64,000 bases of DNA from Marsupella aquatica. Taxonomy: Eukaryota; Plantae; Marchantiophyta. The notes beneath the pieces are model-generated. The model was not told where the DNA came from, did not search any database, and saw only the letters and a program-made list of their open reading frames with translations. Below are positions 49,233 through 60,402 of the stretch, one piece after another (position 1 is the stretch's first letter; every line of letters starts with the position of its first letter). The stretch is from positions 28,960,932 through 29,024,931 of the forward strand of contig OZ316892.1 of assembly GCA_973895155.1 (NCBI GenBank). Reading direction: 5' to 3'. A program made the translations under genes and the position numbers.

Positions 49233-52200
49233 GGGGGGCTCCGAGAAACCGCCCACAGTAGAACGTTGTGAGCACATATCCGTGCTATGCTACCCTTGGT
49301 CAGGTTTTGCCTTTCCACAGACCCTTCTTATATATAGAGAGTTGTCATCATCAGGTTTTTTCATGGGGATCTCATTGTCTTCCTCAGTAGCTCCCATCCA
49401 AGAGCAATATACTTGGTGCGATTTAATAGCCTTTGTGTGGCTGGAGACACTGTGTTATTGGCTAGAGGCCAAAAGTTGTCGGCACAAGGACGTGATAGTA
49501 TAGATAAAAGAGCTACGCACTTTGTTGGTCGAACGGTCACACTAGGCCGAATTATAGCATGTTCATCCTGGAACATGCCTCTTTTGTTGTGTTGTAGTGA
49601 CATGTTATTCATTTGATTTATTTTATGATAAAAGAAGTGGGTCCATGTAAATTATATGCCAAGAAATTAATATCTATTAATTAAGAGTGAGTGACATAAT
49701 ACACATGCAAAAAAAAATACACATTATGACCAAGAAATTACAAAGGTACTAAAGAATTGTGCACATACAGTACACATTTTCACTTGCTTCTAGGTCATGA
49801 CAATCAACTCAATTTAAACCATAAATTTTGTAAAAGAAACCAAGAGTGATACTTAGTACACCAAATGTGCACATTGTTTATTTAAACTCATTTCTCTCAC
49901 TCTCATGAGAAAAAAAGATAATTCACTAAGGAGTTCTTGAAAAGGAAAGATTAAACATTTATGAGGGAAGCCATATACATTTAAAATACTCTAAGTTCAC
50001 TAAACTTAAAAGGGGTCCAAAATTTAATTCAAAATCAAATTAATACAAATAATTCACTTAGTTCAGGCACATTAAAATAAAATATTGAACATAACATCTG
50101 AACAAGACAATCTGAAAGATGGATTCACCATATAGCACCTTCATAATTATACCATAGAACGGCCACACAAGACCGACCACACAAGACCGGACATTTGTGA
50201 GGATTACTGTTTTAGAAACCTTTGTCAAAACAATAGTACATAATAATCTTTACACACCCATGGGAAGCTCCTTCCAAAATATGTAGAAGCATGTGCAACC
50301 ACATCAATAGTATTAGTCACAAGCAAGAACAATTGGTTATGCAAGAAGAACCAACATGACTATTTGTGTTTGAGGCAAGGCAAAGAAAAGAAAAACAGGT
50401 AGACATGGTAACTATAAAAACAATGGAAAACTAGCTTAAAAGCAATATTTCAAATTAAAGAAAGGTTAAAAAAGGGAAAATGAAAATAACATTTGGATGG
50501 TGTGATTGATATCAGTATTTTTTGGTACATATTTTTTGAATTTCTATTTAATTGGATGATTTTTGAAATAGCCATGGGTGAAAAGAAACTCTTTGGCTAC
50601 TATAGCATCTACCAAGGTAATGTAATAATTAAAACCCTTTCAATTGGCCACTATGGACACAGAAGTAACAACTAAACATATGAAACCCTTCAACTACTAT
50701 GGATAGAGGAGTAAGAGGTTAAGGTAGAGCTAGTGAGTACTCATAATAAAGGTGAAGGCTCTCTAATCACAATATCTTTGACCATTGATTGCAATTCATA
50801 AAATAGACAAGCACCATCAAACTCAAGAGTGCTATAATATAATAATAGTGATATGCACACAGAGATAGTGCAATGGTAAAAGATATTATGATTAGATAAC
50901 ATATCATTTTGATTAACATCCTTAGTGTTATCTCTGTGACTATGCATATTTCTAAATTGAGTCTGAAGCTGTCACTCGAACATGAGAAGAACAAAATTCA
51001 AGTCTTAGTTTCTTGTCAAGATCACCTCAAATTACTAGCAACTTACTTGCAGCATGCGGGGCAACGTGATCACTAATTGCTATAGTGCCTAATTGAAATA
51101 GAAGCTCCTTGACATTATGTTGGTGTACCAAACCAAAATTGTCAAATGTGTTTAAAGCTCAATACCACACAACACTAATTTTTCACAGAGCTTAGAGCCT
51201 CGGGCGGGGGGGGGGGAGCGGCTGGGGGGTTTACTATCAGAAATCTTAGGAACCATGTGCAATTCAAAATATATACTTTTGATAAAAATTAACTAAAAAA
51301 TTTTAAGGCGTAGGAGGCAAAAAAGTCATTATAAATTCATGTTTACAGAATATTCTTTAATATATACTTTTTATAAATTAAAATAGGTTATTAATATTAA
51401 AAATAAAGAATTGTCACCTGCTTATCAAACGATTTACATGACAAATACGTATTTACTCCTACTAAAATTGTTTGTTATCGTATGACAGGAACGTGGAGGG
51501 ACGCTATTCGGATTCTATTGCATGTAGGATGAGTATGTTTGATTTCGCTCCCGGAAGTGTAATTTTTGATCAAGTCTACCGACTAGCCTCTCTACTTTTG
51601 ATCAAGTCCCATGGACTACACCACACACACTCCTACTGGTCGTTGGTGGAGTGCTGTCACCACCCCTCTTACTCACATGGTTGACCAAACCGTGCAAAGA
51701 TTCCTTAGACGCTTCTTGGGAAAGAACACAATCGTGAGCCAGAAAAGGTAACACCACACCAAAACTTGAGGAATCAAACCAAATCCATATCTTTTGGCAA
51801 AACGTCGTAACACATTGCAAGATCACTATATTCATTAAAACTGTACTTTTAAAAGTCCATAAGATGAACCCTAAAGTTATTTTTTTTCAGGCCAAATTTC
51901 TATTAAAGCATTCCCAAAAGCTAATTTTTTTCAGCCCAAATATACACTTTTGAACGCCCAAAATTTTGTTTTTTTTCACCCAAATGTTTAATAATAACTT
52001 AAATCATATATTCTAATTAATTTAAAAATTAGAGTAAATTTAATTTAGTCCAAAAATCAGAGGCCAATACCACTCAGACCATCTATAAATTAAAAAATAT
52101 AGATGGTCATAAATCAAGGGTCAAAATGAGATTGACCCACTATATAATTATTAAATTGTCCAGTCCAGTGAGAGAGCCTCACACTAAGCATATATCCTAA

Positions 52201-55200
52201 TTATTTACTTTATCCTACATGTTCAAAACATATCCTTTCAAGACATAATATGAATGTACAATTCAGGGTAGGCACTAGAGCAACCCTATCTCCTAATGAT
52301 CAAGACAAAACTCATTTGAACAAGAAAGTCTGCTTCCTGATTTATCATAGCGGATGTCACGGTTGCAAGTATCTCTCGCATGGTGGTTCTTAAACTTATT
52401 GGTGAGATCCCTAGTTCTGAGAACTTTCCAAATAAAATGCCTTCTATTTTGTGTATGAGGACCAGAATAGTTGTCTCCAAGTATTACGTTTGCAGTTTCT
52501 TCGATCTCATCCGTGGTCCACGTCTCCAGTGGTGGGTAATGTTGCACCTCGTTCTTTCCGTCCCAAGGAATCTCTTCAGGAGTCACATCCAAGATGGTTC
52601 CAAACTCCCTATGGATACAACGACAATCTCCCCACTTCTGTTCCAAATCTTAGCATCTATAGATGGCAGCATGATCCTCCTTGCTTGTTAATAAATTGAA
52701 AACAGACCACTTTGGATTGTTGACAGTGATATAATGTTGAACGCAGTAAGCCTTTCTCAATTTGCAAAGATACGGCCATAATATCTCGGGCAAAAAAGTG
52801 TCATTTGAAGCTGTGTGAGTAAATGGATTTGGAAACAATCCATTCACATCATAATTCAAAAATGCCTTCAATGGAGAATCATCAATAAGAACTGTATTAG
52901 AAGCATCATATTTTTCTGGAAAACGGTCCCAAATGGTTTGCAAATTCTTCAGAAGTAAATTGGCCTTCCCATCTGTTATATCTGGCCTTTGGATGCAACT
53001 ATCAAAGGTATCTTCTTGAGTAAAGACAAACTTGAACTTCTGTCGCTCCTCCTCAGTGAAAATCAACTCCATTAAGTCCATTGTTTTTGGCCTCCTTGCA
53101 CAGGTCCAAATTGCGACGTCAAAAACCATGAAAGCTGCATATAGAAATTCGTGGAGGTATGGGCGCTCCACATACATGAAATTAAACCCTCCACGTCTCC
53201 CCCAATGCACACCACGTAAACTTGTCTGATTTCGCCATGGTCCTGAGCTTCTGGTCTTAATGCAATCCCAACAAATCTTGTTAAGGTCAAGAACCAAGAG
53301 CTTTCGCCGGATCGGAGAGTGTAGTATTGGAGTGAATTCTGGAAACATTAACATAAGCCCTTAGTCAATGCGACTCAAAGTTTAAACAATTACTACGGAG
53401 GAAAACTCTCAAAATTTGAAATCAAACAAACTTTGTTATAGCATTTGAAGTAGAGAGGAACGACCCTGGGGCGACCCTCCTAGAAAAACATTAATTACAT
53501 TTAATTGCCATTTTTTAGATCCAAAGTATACCTGGGTCAAACCCTTCCTCCACAGCAACGCTTTTCGAGGGAATGCCAACAAAATCCTTTGAGGAAGGAG
53601 ATTCTACAACGGAACTTTGGTCTGTAAAAAAGTATATTATTACAAAGATAAAGCTTAGATTGTCATTAAAATACCAAGAACCAAAGAAAGGGCTAATAAT
53701 TTCCAATGCTAAAATGCCCAAATTCATCTATTGTTTGATCACCTAAAACACTCTGTATCTCGGAATTGATACCACTGGGAAGTTGCTCTTCAAAGGATGG
53801 GGGTGCAAAAATTGGGCTCAGTCTCAAGTTCAGTTTTTTGTAATCTGATTTTGCCATTATCTTTGGAGCATCGTCTAGTGATTCTATCATTCCAACCTTT
53901 GGTCCATTTCTCCATATAAAATGAGTTGCAGGACGGACTGTTTTCATATATCCAGTCCTGCCGATCTCGGATCCAGAATTTTGTGAAAATGATAATACTA
54001 CGGGGCTTCCTGTAGAAGCACTTGTAAAAACCAATTTAGTCTCTGATGAGCAATATAGAGGAGACAGGGGAGGATTTGAAGCACCTGCCTTCTCTTCTTC
54101 ATTTGCAGCGGTCTCAGGTACTTGACGATCATCCTCCTTTGCAAGCGCAATGTCTGACATTTCTCCCAATTCTACTGCGTCAATATTGCCTAGACCATCT
54201 GCGGTTGCCTTCCAATGTGCGTCCGATGTGGACGATGTAAGATCTGGGTCCGATTGGTGCATCCAATTCTCTAAACCGACAAAGGGATTTCTTGGTGGGT
54301 CGCCCTCAGGTCGACCCACAACATCAGCCAACCCCACACCAAAGTAGGGAATACCTACCACTTGTGTTCCACGTTCATCCAAATTTTGGGTGACCCTGTC
54401 GTCTGTGTCGTGACCCAATTCTCCTTCCTCAATATCATCTTCGCCCTGGTCTACGCCTTCTTTGGCACCAACATGCTCGGAAACCCCATCGCGGGCTCTA
54501 CCAAATTTGGAACCGCCCATCCGGTCACTCATTATGGAAGGAACTTTCTCGCAGAGAACCCTTCCATATGCCTGAGTGAAATCATATTCATCCTCAGTGT
54601 CTAAATACGCAAAGCATTCTCTGAAACACAACAATGACACCTTCATAACCTGTCCTCCCGAGAAAAAGTCAAGTATAGTCTCCCCTTCAGCCGAAAAAAA
54701 TTCAATAATACTCTGCAGCATACATTTTGGCTTAGCGTGAATATTCACAAAGCCACCTCTACTTCCCACCATCTCAAACATGGGAGCCTTTCGTAAGAAA
54801 TCTCCAATGTGAAATGCCAAAGTTGACTCAGTCTCTGTCTCCTTACTTGTCTTACTCTTATTCTTATCTCGCTTCTCCGTCTTGTCTTCCACTTGGAAAT
54901 CAGGGTCGATCGCCGAATTGTAAGAAAATTGGCAATTAAATCCAGGCTTGAACACTTGCTTCCAATCAAATTTCTCCTCAGTGGTGATTCCTGCAAAGAT
55001 TATCTCCTCCATACCACAACTGAAAAGTAAGCCCTCTGGAACTGGTGTATCACTCCGTCGATAGCTCCCGTAGTCGACGTGGATGTCCATTCCCTTTTCA
55101 TGTTGCAATTTCCTAAGGGCACTCAAAATGTTTGCAGCAAGTGGCCCCGGATGCACAGTCATGACAACAACAATTGTTGGATTTCTTGGAAGATCCACAA

Positions 55201-58000
55201 TGTATTGCAGTAATGCAATAATTTCAGCATCGGTCCAAACATGTTGTCGGAGCCTACTGAAGTCAACAATGGCAAGAGGACACAAAGGTGAAGGCTCTTG
55301 TAGCATTTCCGGCACGGTCGTCTTCATCAAATTCTCACTAAAAAATGTCAAGAAAGGCTCCGTGCGAGAACGACCAATCCCACCAAATTCTTTACAATAC
55401 AACCCATCTAGTCTGACCATCAGACTTTGTGGGAAACTCTCCTTGACCACATTCTTCTTCAATGAATTGTTGAGGTAAACCTCACCCGCTGCTCTCCTCA
55501 ATTTTGTCATCTCAAGCTCAGATTTCAAGGAAGGCAACAATATCACCAGACACTCCCAAGATGTGCCAATAGGAAACTTCTCACGATACTTTTCCACGAA
55601 ATAGCCAATAATGACTGTTCTCAATTTGGACACTATCTTGATTGTAAGGGCCAAGTCTCCCATTGCGACAAGCTCTGATTTGTTGGTGATATCCTTCTTC
55701 AGCAAGACACGCTCCTCTTCAACGTCCTTCAAGATCTCAATTATCTGTTTGCTACTAATCTCTCCTTCAAAGCATCGAAAGGTACCGGGAGTGATCAATT
55801 TTGGGGGTCTTGGCCCTCCATACCCACCAGCCCCGTCTTGGAGCTTCCCACTCAACCATTTTGCACACACGTTCCGCCATAATTCAAAGAGCTCATCTTC
55901 GGCAAAAAGTAACCAATAAATGCTCTTTAGGCTTGACTTCCCCATTGTAACCTTTGCCAGGGCAAACCAATCCTGCATATCCAATGGACTTGACATTAGT
56001 TTCAGGGTACAATGCATATGTTAGAAAATTTATACCTATGTTTGAAACAGGCTAAGCCGCCTCGCCCCAAGGGCGTGGCGAACCTCTACATCTAACCGCA
56101 ATTGACTGAAACGGAACTAGGGAATTATTCTTAGAGAGACTAGTCTAGGTTGCCTCGCCCTGAGGGCGAGGCAAACATTTGCTTTAATCTTCTAACCAAG
56201 GAAAACAAGAAAAGGCAGCCTCGCCCTTGGGGCGAGGCAAACCTCTACCATTGACAATCTTTAAACAAAGCGGATCAAGAATAGTTTGCGTTGCTCCAAC
56301 ATGTACCTGATAGTTTTTCCTGTCTGTATTTTGATTGGTCCCAATCCCTGGACGCGGCGGTTTCCTGCACTCCTCAAACTGCCTTCGTGCATGAACAATA
56401 GTCTCTAAAAAACAAGACTTAAATTGCATAGTATCATTGACAGCATTCGATAAACTTGAATGCTCAACCAAAATTGTCTTTGGAGTGAGGTCAGATAGGA
56501 TCCTTGCTTTCCTATACTTTAGTTTGTTGGCAAGATCTGTCAGCTTGGCGTCAGTCTCGGCCCACCCTTGGATCCATTGGGCAGCTCTTGCAGAATGCTG
56601 GCCACTGATGGCAAGGAATTGGATCTCATGCTTCTTCACACCAATCAAAAACTCTTTCCTATCCTGAGGTGTGTTGTCATAATGAAGCAACTGTTTAGTG
56701 CTCTCGCGATACGGAATCAAATCAGCAACTTGTGGTTCCTGTCCAGGGTTTTTCATCATAGACTTTGATATCTCCATTGCATGCGAAAGATTGAACATTC
56801 GATATACAAAAACGGCCGATGGCGGATTAATATTTTTTACAGGAATATCAAAAACTTTGCGGATGCCAAAAGTATAATACTGCTCAATATTACGCAAAAC
56901 CTCTTGGCCTTTGAGCACATCATCTTCTTTGGGTCCTTCTGTCGGACACATATCATCCTCTGGATGCAAGACAAAGTTTGAAGTCGACCCTGACATTGGT
57001 TTTGATTTCGCAACCTTTGCCTTCTTTGTCTGCTTTTTTTTGGGGCCCTCATCATCTTCATTTTTTTTAGCCATCTTCTTACGGCGTGAACTCCCAGATT
57101 GTTTCTCTTGTTGAACAACCGGCTCTTGAAGCTTTCGTTTCTTCTCTGTCTTTGATTGTGCACTTCTTTCCACTGTCTTCTTTCTCTCCTTTGCCTTATG
57201 CTTTGCTTCTTTTTTCTTCATCTCTGAAATCCACGTCCGGCACGCGGCCTCTTGAAACTCTGGACAAAAAATGAAACTCTTGTCAATGGCTTGCTCGTAT
57301 GAAAAATGTGCCTTATCAATCATCCTTTGAACTATCCAAGTAGACGGAGGGTCCACACTGTCCGCATTGTCATGCATGTGCTTCTTTACGTAGAGAAATC
57401 CAAACACTAGGTCAACTCCACTTATTTGAGAATGCGTCTTCTCAAACATTTGATCAATTGTTACTCCATCTGGGAAGAATCCCATATCAGCTACGCTTAT
57501 CTCCAATCGAGCCATCCACTCAACATTCAGTAAAGTCGAGTAGAGTTTTATTGGCACTAGAAGTCTCATCCACTGAGATTTCTCATTGGACTCAACAATA
57601 ATCGTTGCATTGCGGTTGTTGTCCGTGTTCACAAGGACGACTGGACCTAGAGTAACAATTGTCTTGCGGTCATTCAATTGACTTGTGAGGCCCTTGAAAC
57701 AAATCAAGAGACTGCCTTCCGCCGACACCCCAACTTCTAGTGCCCATCTAAATCCTGGAGTATCTTGGTCAGGGAAAACAAAGTCCTTGATATCCTCGTC
57801 CATAATATTTAACTCCGGCTTCTCAAGATTTTTTCCTGGTAAGAAACATTGAAAACAAAATGGTCAGCATCATATTTTTAACATTGACATGTGGAAAACT
57901 TTCAAGGTGCCTCGCCCTTGGGGCGAGGCGACAAATAGAAGATTGCAAAATCTTCTTTGCTCCTAGTGCAATTAGCCCTGCCACCTCATCCAAGCAATCA

Positions 58001-58441
58001 AACATTATTTAGGAATGCAGACGACATCGCCTCGCCCCAAGGGCGAGGCAACTTCTAGGAAAGCAAACAACATTTAGGAATGCAGACAACATTGCCTCGC
58101 CCTTGGGGCGAGGCAACTTCTGGAAAGCAGACAACATTTAGGAATGCAGAGGACATCGCCTCGCCCCAAGGGCGAGGCAACTTCTGGAAAGCAGACAACA
58201 TTTAGGAATGCAGAGGACATCGCCTCGCCCCAAGGGCGAGGCAACTTCTGGGAAAGCAGACAACATTTAGGAATGTAGAGGACATCGCCTCGCCCCAAGG
58301 GCGAGGCAACTTCTGGGAATGCAGACAACATTTAGGAATGCAGATAACATCGCCTCGCCCCAAGGGCGAGACAACTTCTGGGAATGCAGACTACATTTGA
58401 GGAATGCAAACGACATCGCCTCGCCCCAAGAGCGAGGCAAA
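58001..58441. repeat. Tandem array of 7 x ~65 bp, each unit with the hairpin GCCTCGCCC-CAA-GGGCGAGGC
   Basis: Palindrome starts at 58029, 58094, 58158, 58222, 58287, 58352, 58418; dispersed copies at 56059, 56152, 56218 and 57909. Confidence 0.95.
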
Positions 58442-58553
58442 AATTAGAATATAGCTAAAGATCCTTTATTAATGTAAGATACAAGGTCCAATACGCCTTC
58501 GGAGCAACAAGAAATCTAGAATGAAGAGCGAGGAGACTGCAAAGGAATATAGA

Positions 58554-58578
58554 CCCTAAACCCTAAACCCTAAACCCT
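58554..58578. repeat. Short interstitial plant telomere-type repeat (CCCTAAA)x3.5 / telo-box
   Basis: CCCTAAACCCTAAACCCTAAACCCT. Confidence 0.8.
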
Positions 58579-59939
58579 TAGGGCAAGGCAAGAAGTTGAA
58601 GCAGGTGGTGCCTTACGTGGAAAAGTTAACTGGGCTTTCTTTGACGCCTCCAACGCATTGTTAACCAATTTTTGGACATCCAGGTCTTCAGGGTCATATT
58701 CATACAGAGAGTTATAATTGAAGTTCAATGACTCTTGAGAACTGGCGGAGGTGGTGGAAGCTTCAGAACTGGAGGAAGTAGACATTGTAAGGGGCGAGTG
58801 AGATTTAAGATGACACGTGGCAGCAATGGAGAATGCCACAGGCTGCAAGAGGGCACTAACAGGCAAACAATGATCGAGGGAGCGACCCAAAAGGGAAGGG
58901 AGCAAGGCGGAAATAAAAGCCTTAGAGCGAGGCGGAAAACAAATCCCAAGAGCGAGGCAAAAACAAAAGCCCTAGAGCGAGGCAAGAGGGAGGCAAGGAG
59001 TGAGGAGACGAGAGAGGAGGCAAGAGGGAGGCAAGGAAATGAGGCCTCAAGCGCAAGGCCTGCCTTCCTATACCCCCTGCGAGCGAGGAGTCCGAGGAGG
59101 CAAGGATCCGAGAGGGTACGGAGGCATCAATGCACGCCAATGATGGAGACCCTCCTCGGTGCATGTGATCGTGAGTTACTGATGGTGTGACCACTCACGA
59201 CCACTCGCGACTCACCTACCAATTTTAAACTTCCGAGCTGTCAGCGGTGTGTGCTCGCAACTCACCTATCACTCGTGAGTGATTGGCTGACACCCTATCC
59301 GATGTCTACTTGTGTGCTGGGTGCGTGCCTCATCCACCCGTGCCCGATTTGTTGGTGTCCACTCGTGTGCTGGGTAATGTGTGGGCTTTTTGCCTCTCAA
59401 ACTGAGTATAGACCTCCCACAATCCATTTTTTGGTTCATTGTCATTTAGACAGTGATTGGTACGATCATTGACTCTCCTCTGTCCGAGTGCCTTGTTTAG
59501 GTCCGCATGGTTGAATGCAAGGTTTAGTAAGGGCACTGGTAAGCACTGTGGTGCTAAGAGTTACAATGCTGGCATCCAAGGTACCCATTTAGCTTGTACA
59601 AGGGTGGACAGAGATATATTGCGGAGCAGGTTAGTGATTTTATTTATTTATCTTAGAAGTACTAGCTCAACTACATCTAATTCAATACCTTTAAGCCAAA
59701 CCTAGATTAAGATTTACACATTAGGTTCTAGATCATATATTTTACTCATTCTAGACCTTTATCCATAGTCTAGCATGTGTAGAACTTACTGTACCCCTTT
59801 ATGTGATTACTAACATAGTTTCTAGAAGTGGGTCGGAATTATTTCGTGCCGACCTGACTATGTCATCTTAACTAGCATTTTAAACTGGTATATAAAAGCA
59901 TAAGCAAGATAGTTTCATAAATAGTTTTGACATAATTTC

Positions 59940-60280
59940 AACTTAATAGTTGGAGTAGGGTTGAAATAATTCCGACCCAACTTATCAATGTTTAGTCAAT
60001 TAAATCATTTTAAGACATATTGTTGGAGGAGGGTCGAAATAATTCCGACCCGACTTGTAAATATTTAGTCAATTCAATCATTTTAAGACATATTGTTGGA
60101 GGAGGGTCGAAATAATTTCGACCCAACTTGTAAATGTTTAGTCAATTCAATCATTTCAAGACATATTGTTGGAGGAGGGTCAAAATAATTCCGACCCGAC
60201 TTGTAAATGTTTAGTCAATTCAATCATTTCAAGACATAATGTTGGAGGAGGGTCGAAATAATTCCGACCCGACTTGAATG
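59940..60280. repeat. Tandem array of ~5 x 73 bp with the imperfect palindrome GGGTCGAAATAATTCCGACCC
   Basis: Motif at 59958, 60031, 60104, 60177 and 60250; an inverted degenerate copy at ~59830. Confidence 0.95.
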
Positions 60281-60402
60281 TATTTAGGGTTTTGAGTGAT
60301 TTTACAATATTTTTTGGAGGAGAGTCCAGAGTTTGAAACATGATTGTAACATGGGGAACTTAACAATTTCTAACTTTATTTGAATACAGATAGTCCGCTA
60401 TC

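Larger units (their letters stand above)
52293..58785 (-). pseudogene. Transposon cargo gene: ParB/Srx-like + amino-DNA-methyltransferase-like + FCP1/SCP HAD phosphatase fusion; exons 58785-58617, 57835-56307, 55972-53773 (or 53743), 53621-53532, 53338-52293; one internal TAA at 52650
   Basis: All four junctions are GT-AG and phase-compatible (1,0,1,1); total 5034 nt. Motifs: VFDIPVKNINPP...FLAISGQHSARA; AKPKCMLQSIIEFFSAEGETILDFFSGG; KLLVLDLNK...RPYLHEFL...AIWT...NTVLIDDSP. Confidence 0.7.

Noticed and set aside
48673-49318. Pro-rich 200-aa and overlapping ORFs upstream of PsbQ
   Set aside because: GC-rich promoter/5' UTR; no coding signature.
49620-52290. Left terminus (TIR/TSD) of the large transposon
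   Set aside because: Cannot be identified without the right end, which lies outside the window.
53693-57803. Bacterial contamination or prophage as the source of the ParB/MTase ORFs
   Set aside because: The ORFs are joined by spliceosomal GT-AG introns and carry a plant telo-box, and the neighbouring transposase carries a MITE family also found at 6670.
58001-58441. CRISPR-like array (palindromic repeat at a ~65-bp period)
   Set aside because: The sequences between palindromes are near-identical rather than unique spacers; eukaryotic intron context; no cas genes.
59940-60280. CRISPR-like array (73-bp period)
   Set aside because: The whole unit is repeated, so it is a simple tandem repeat.
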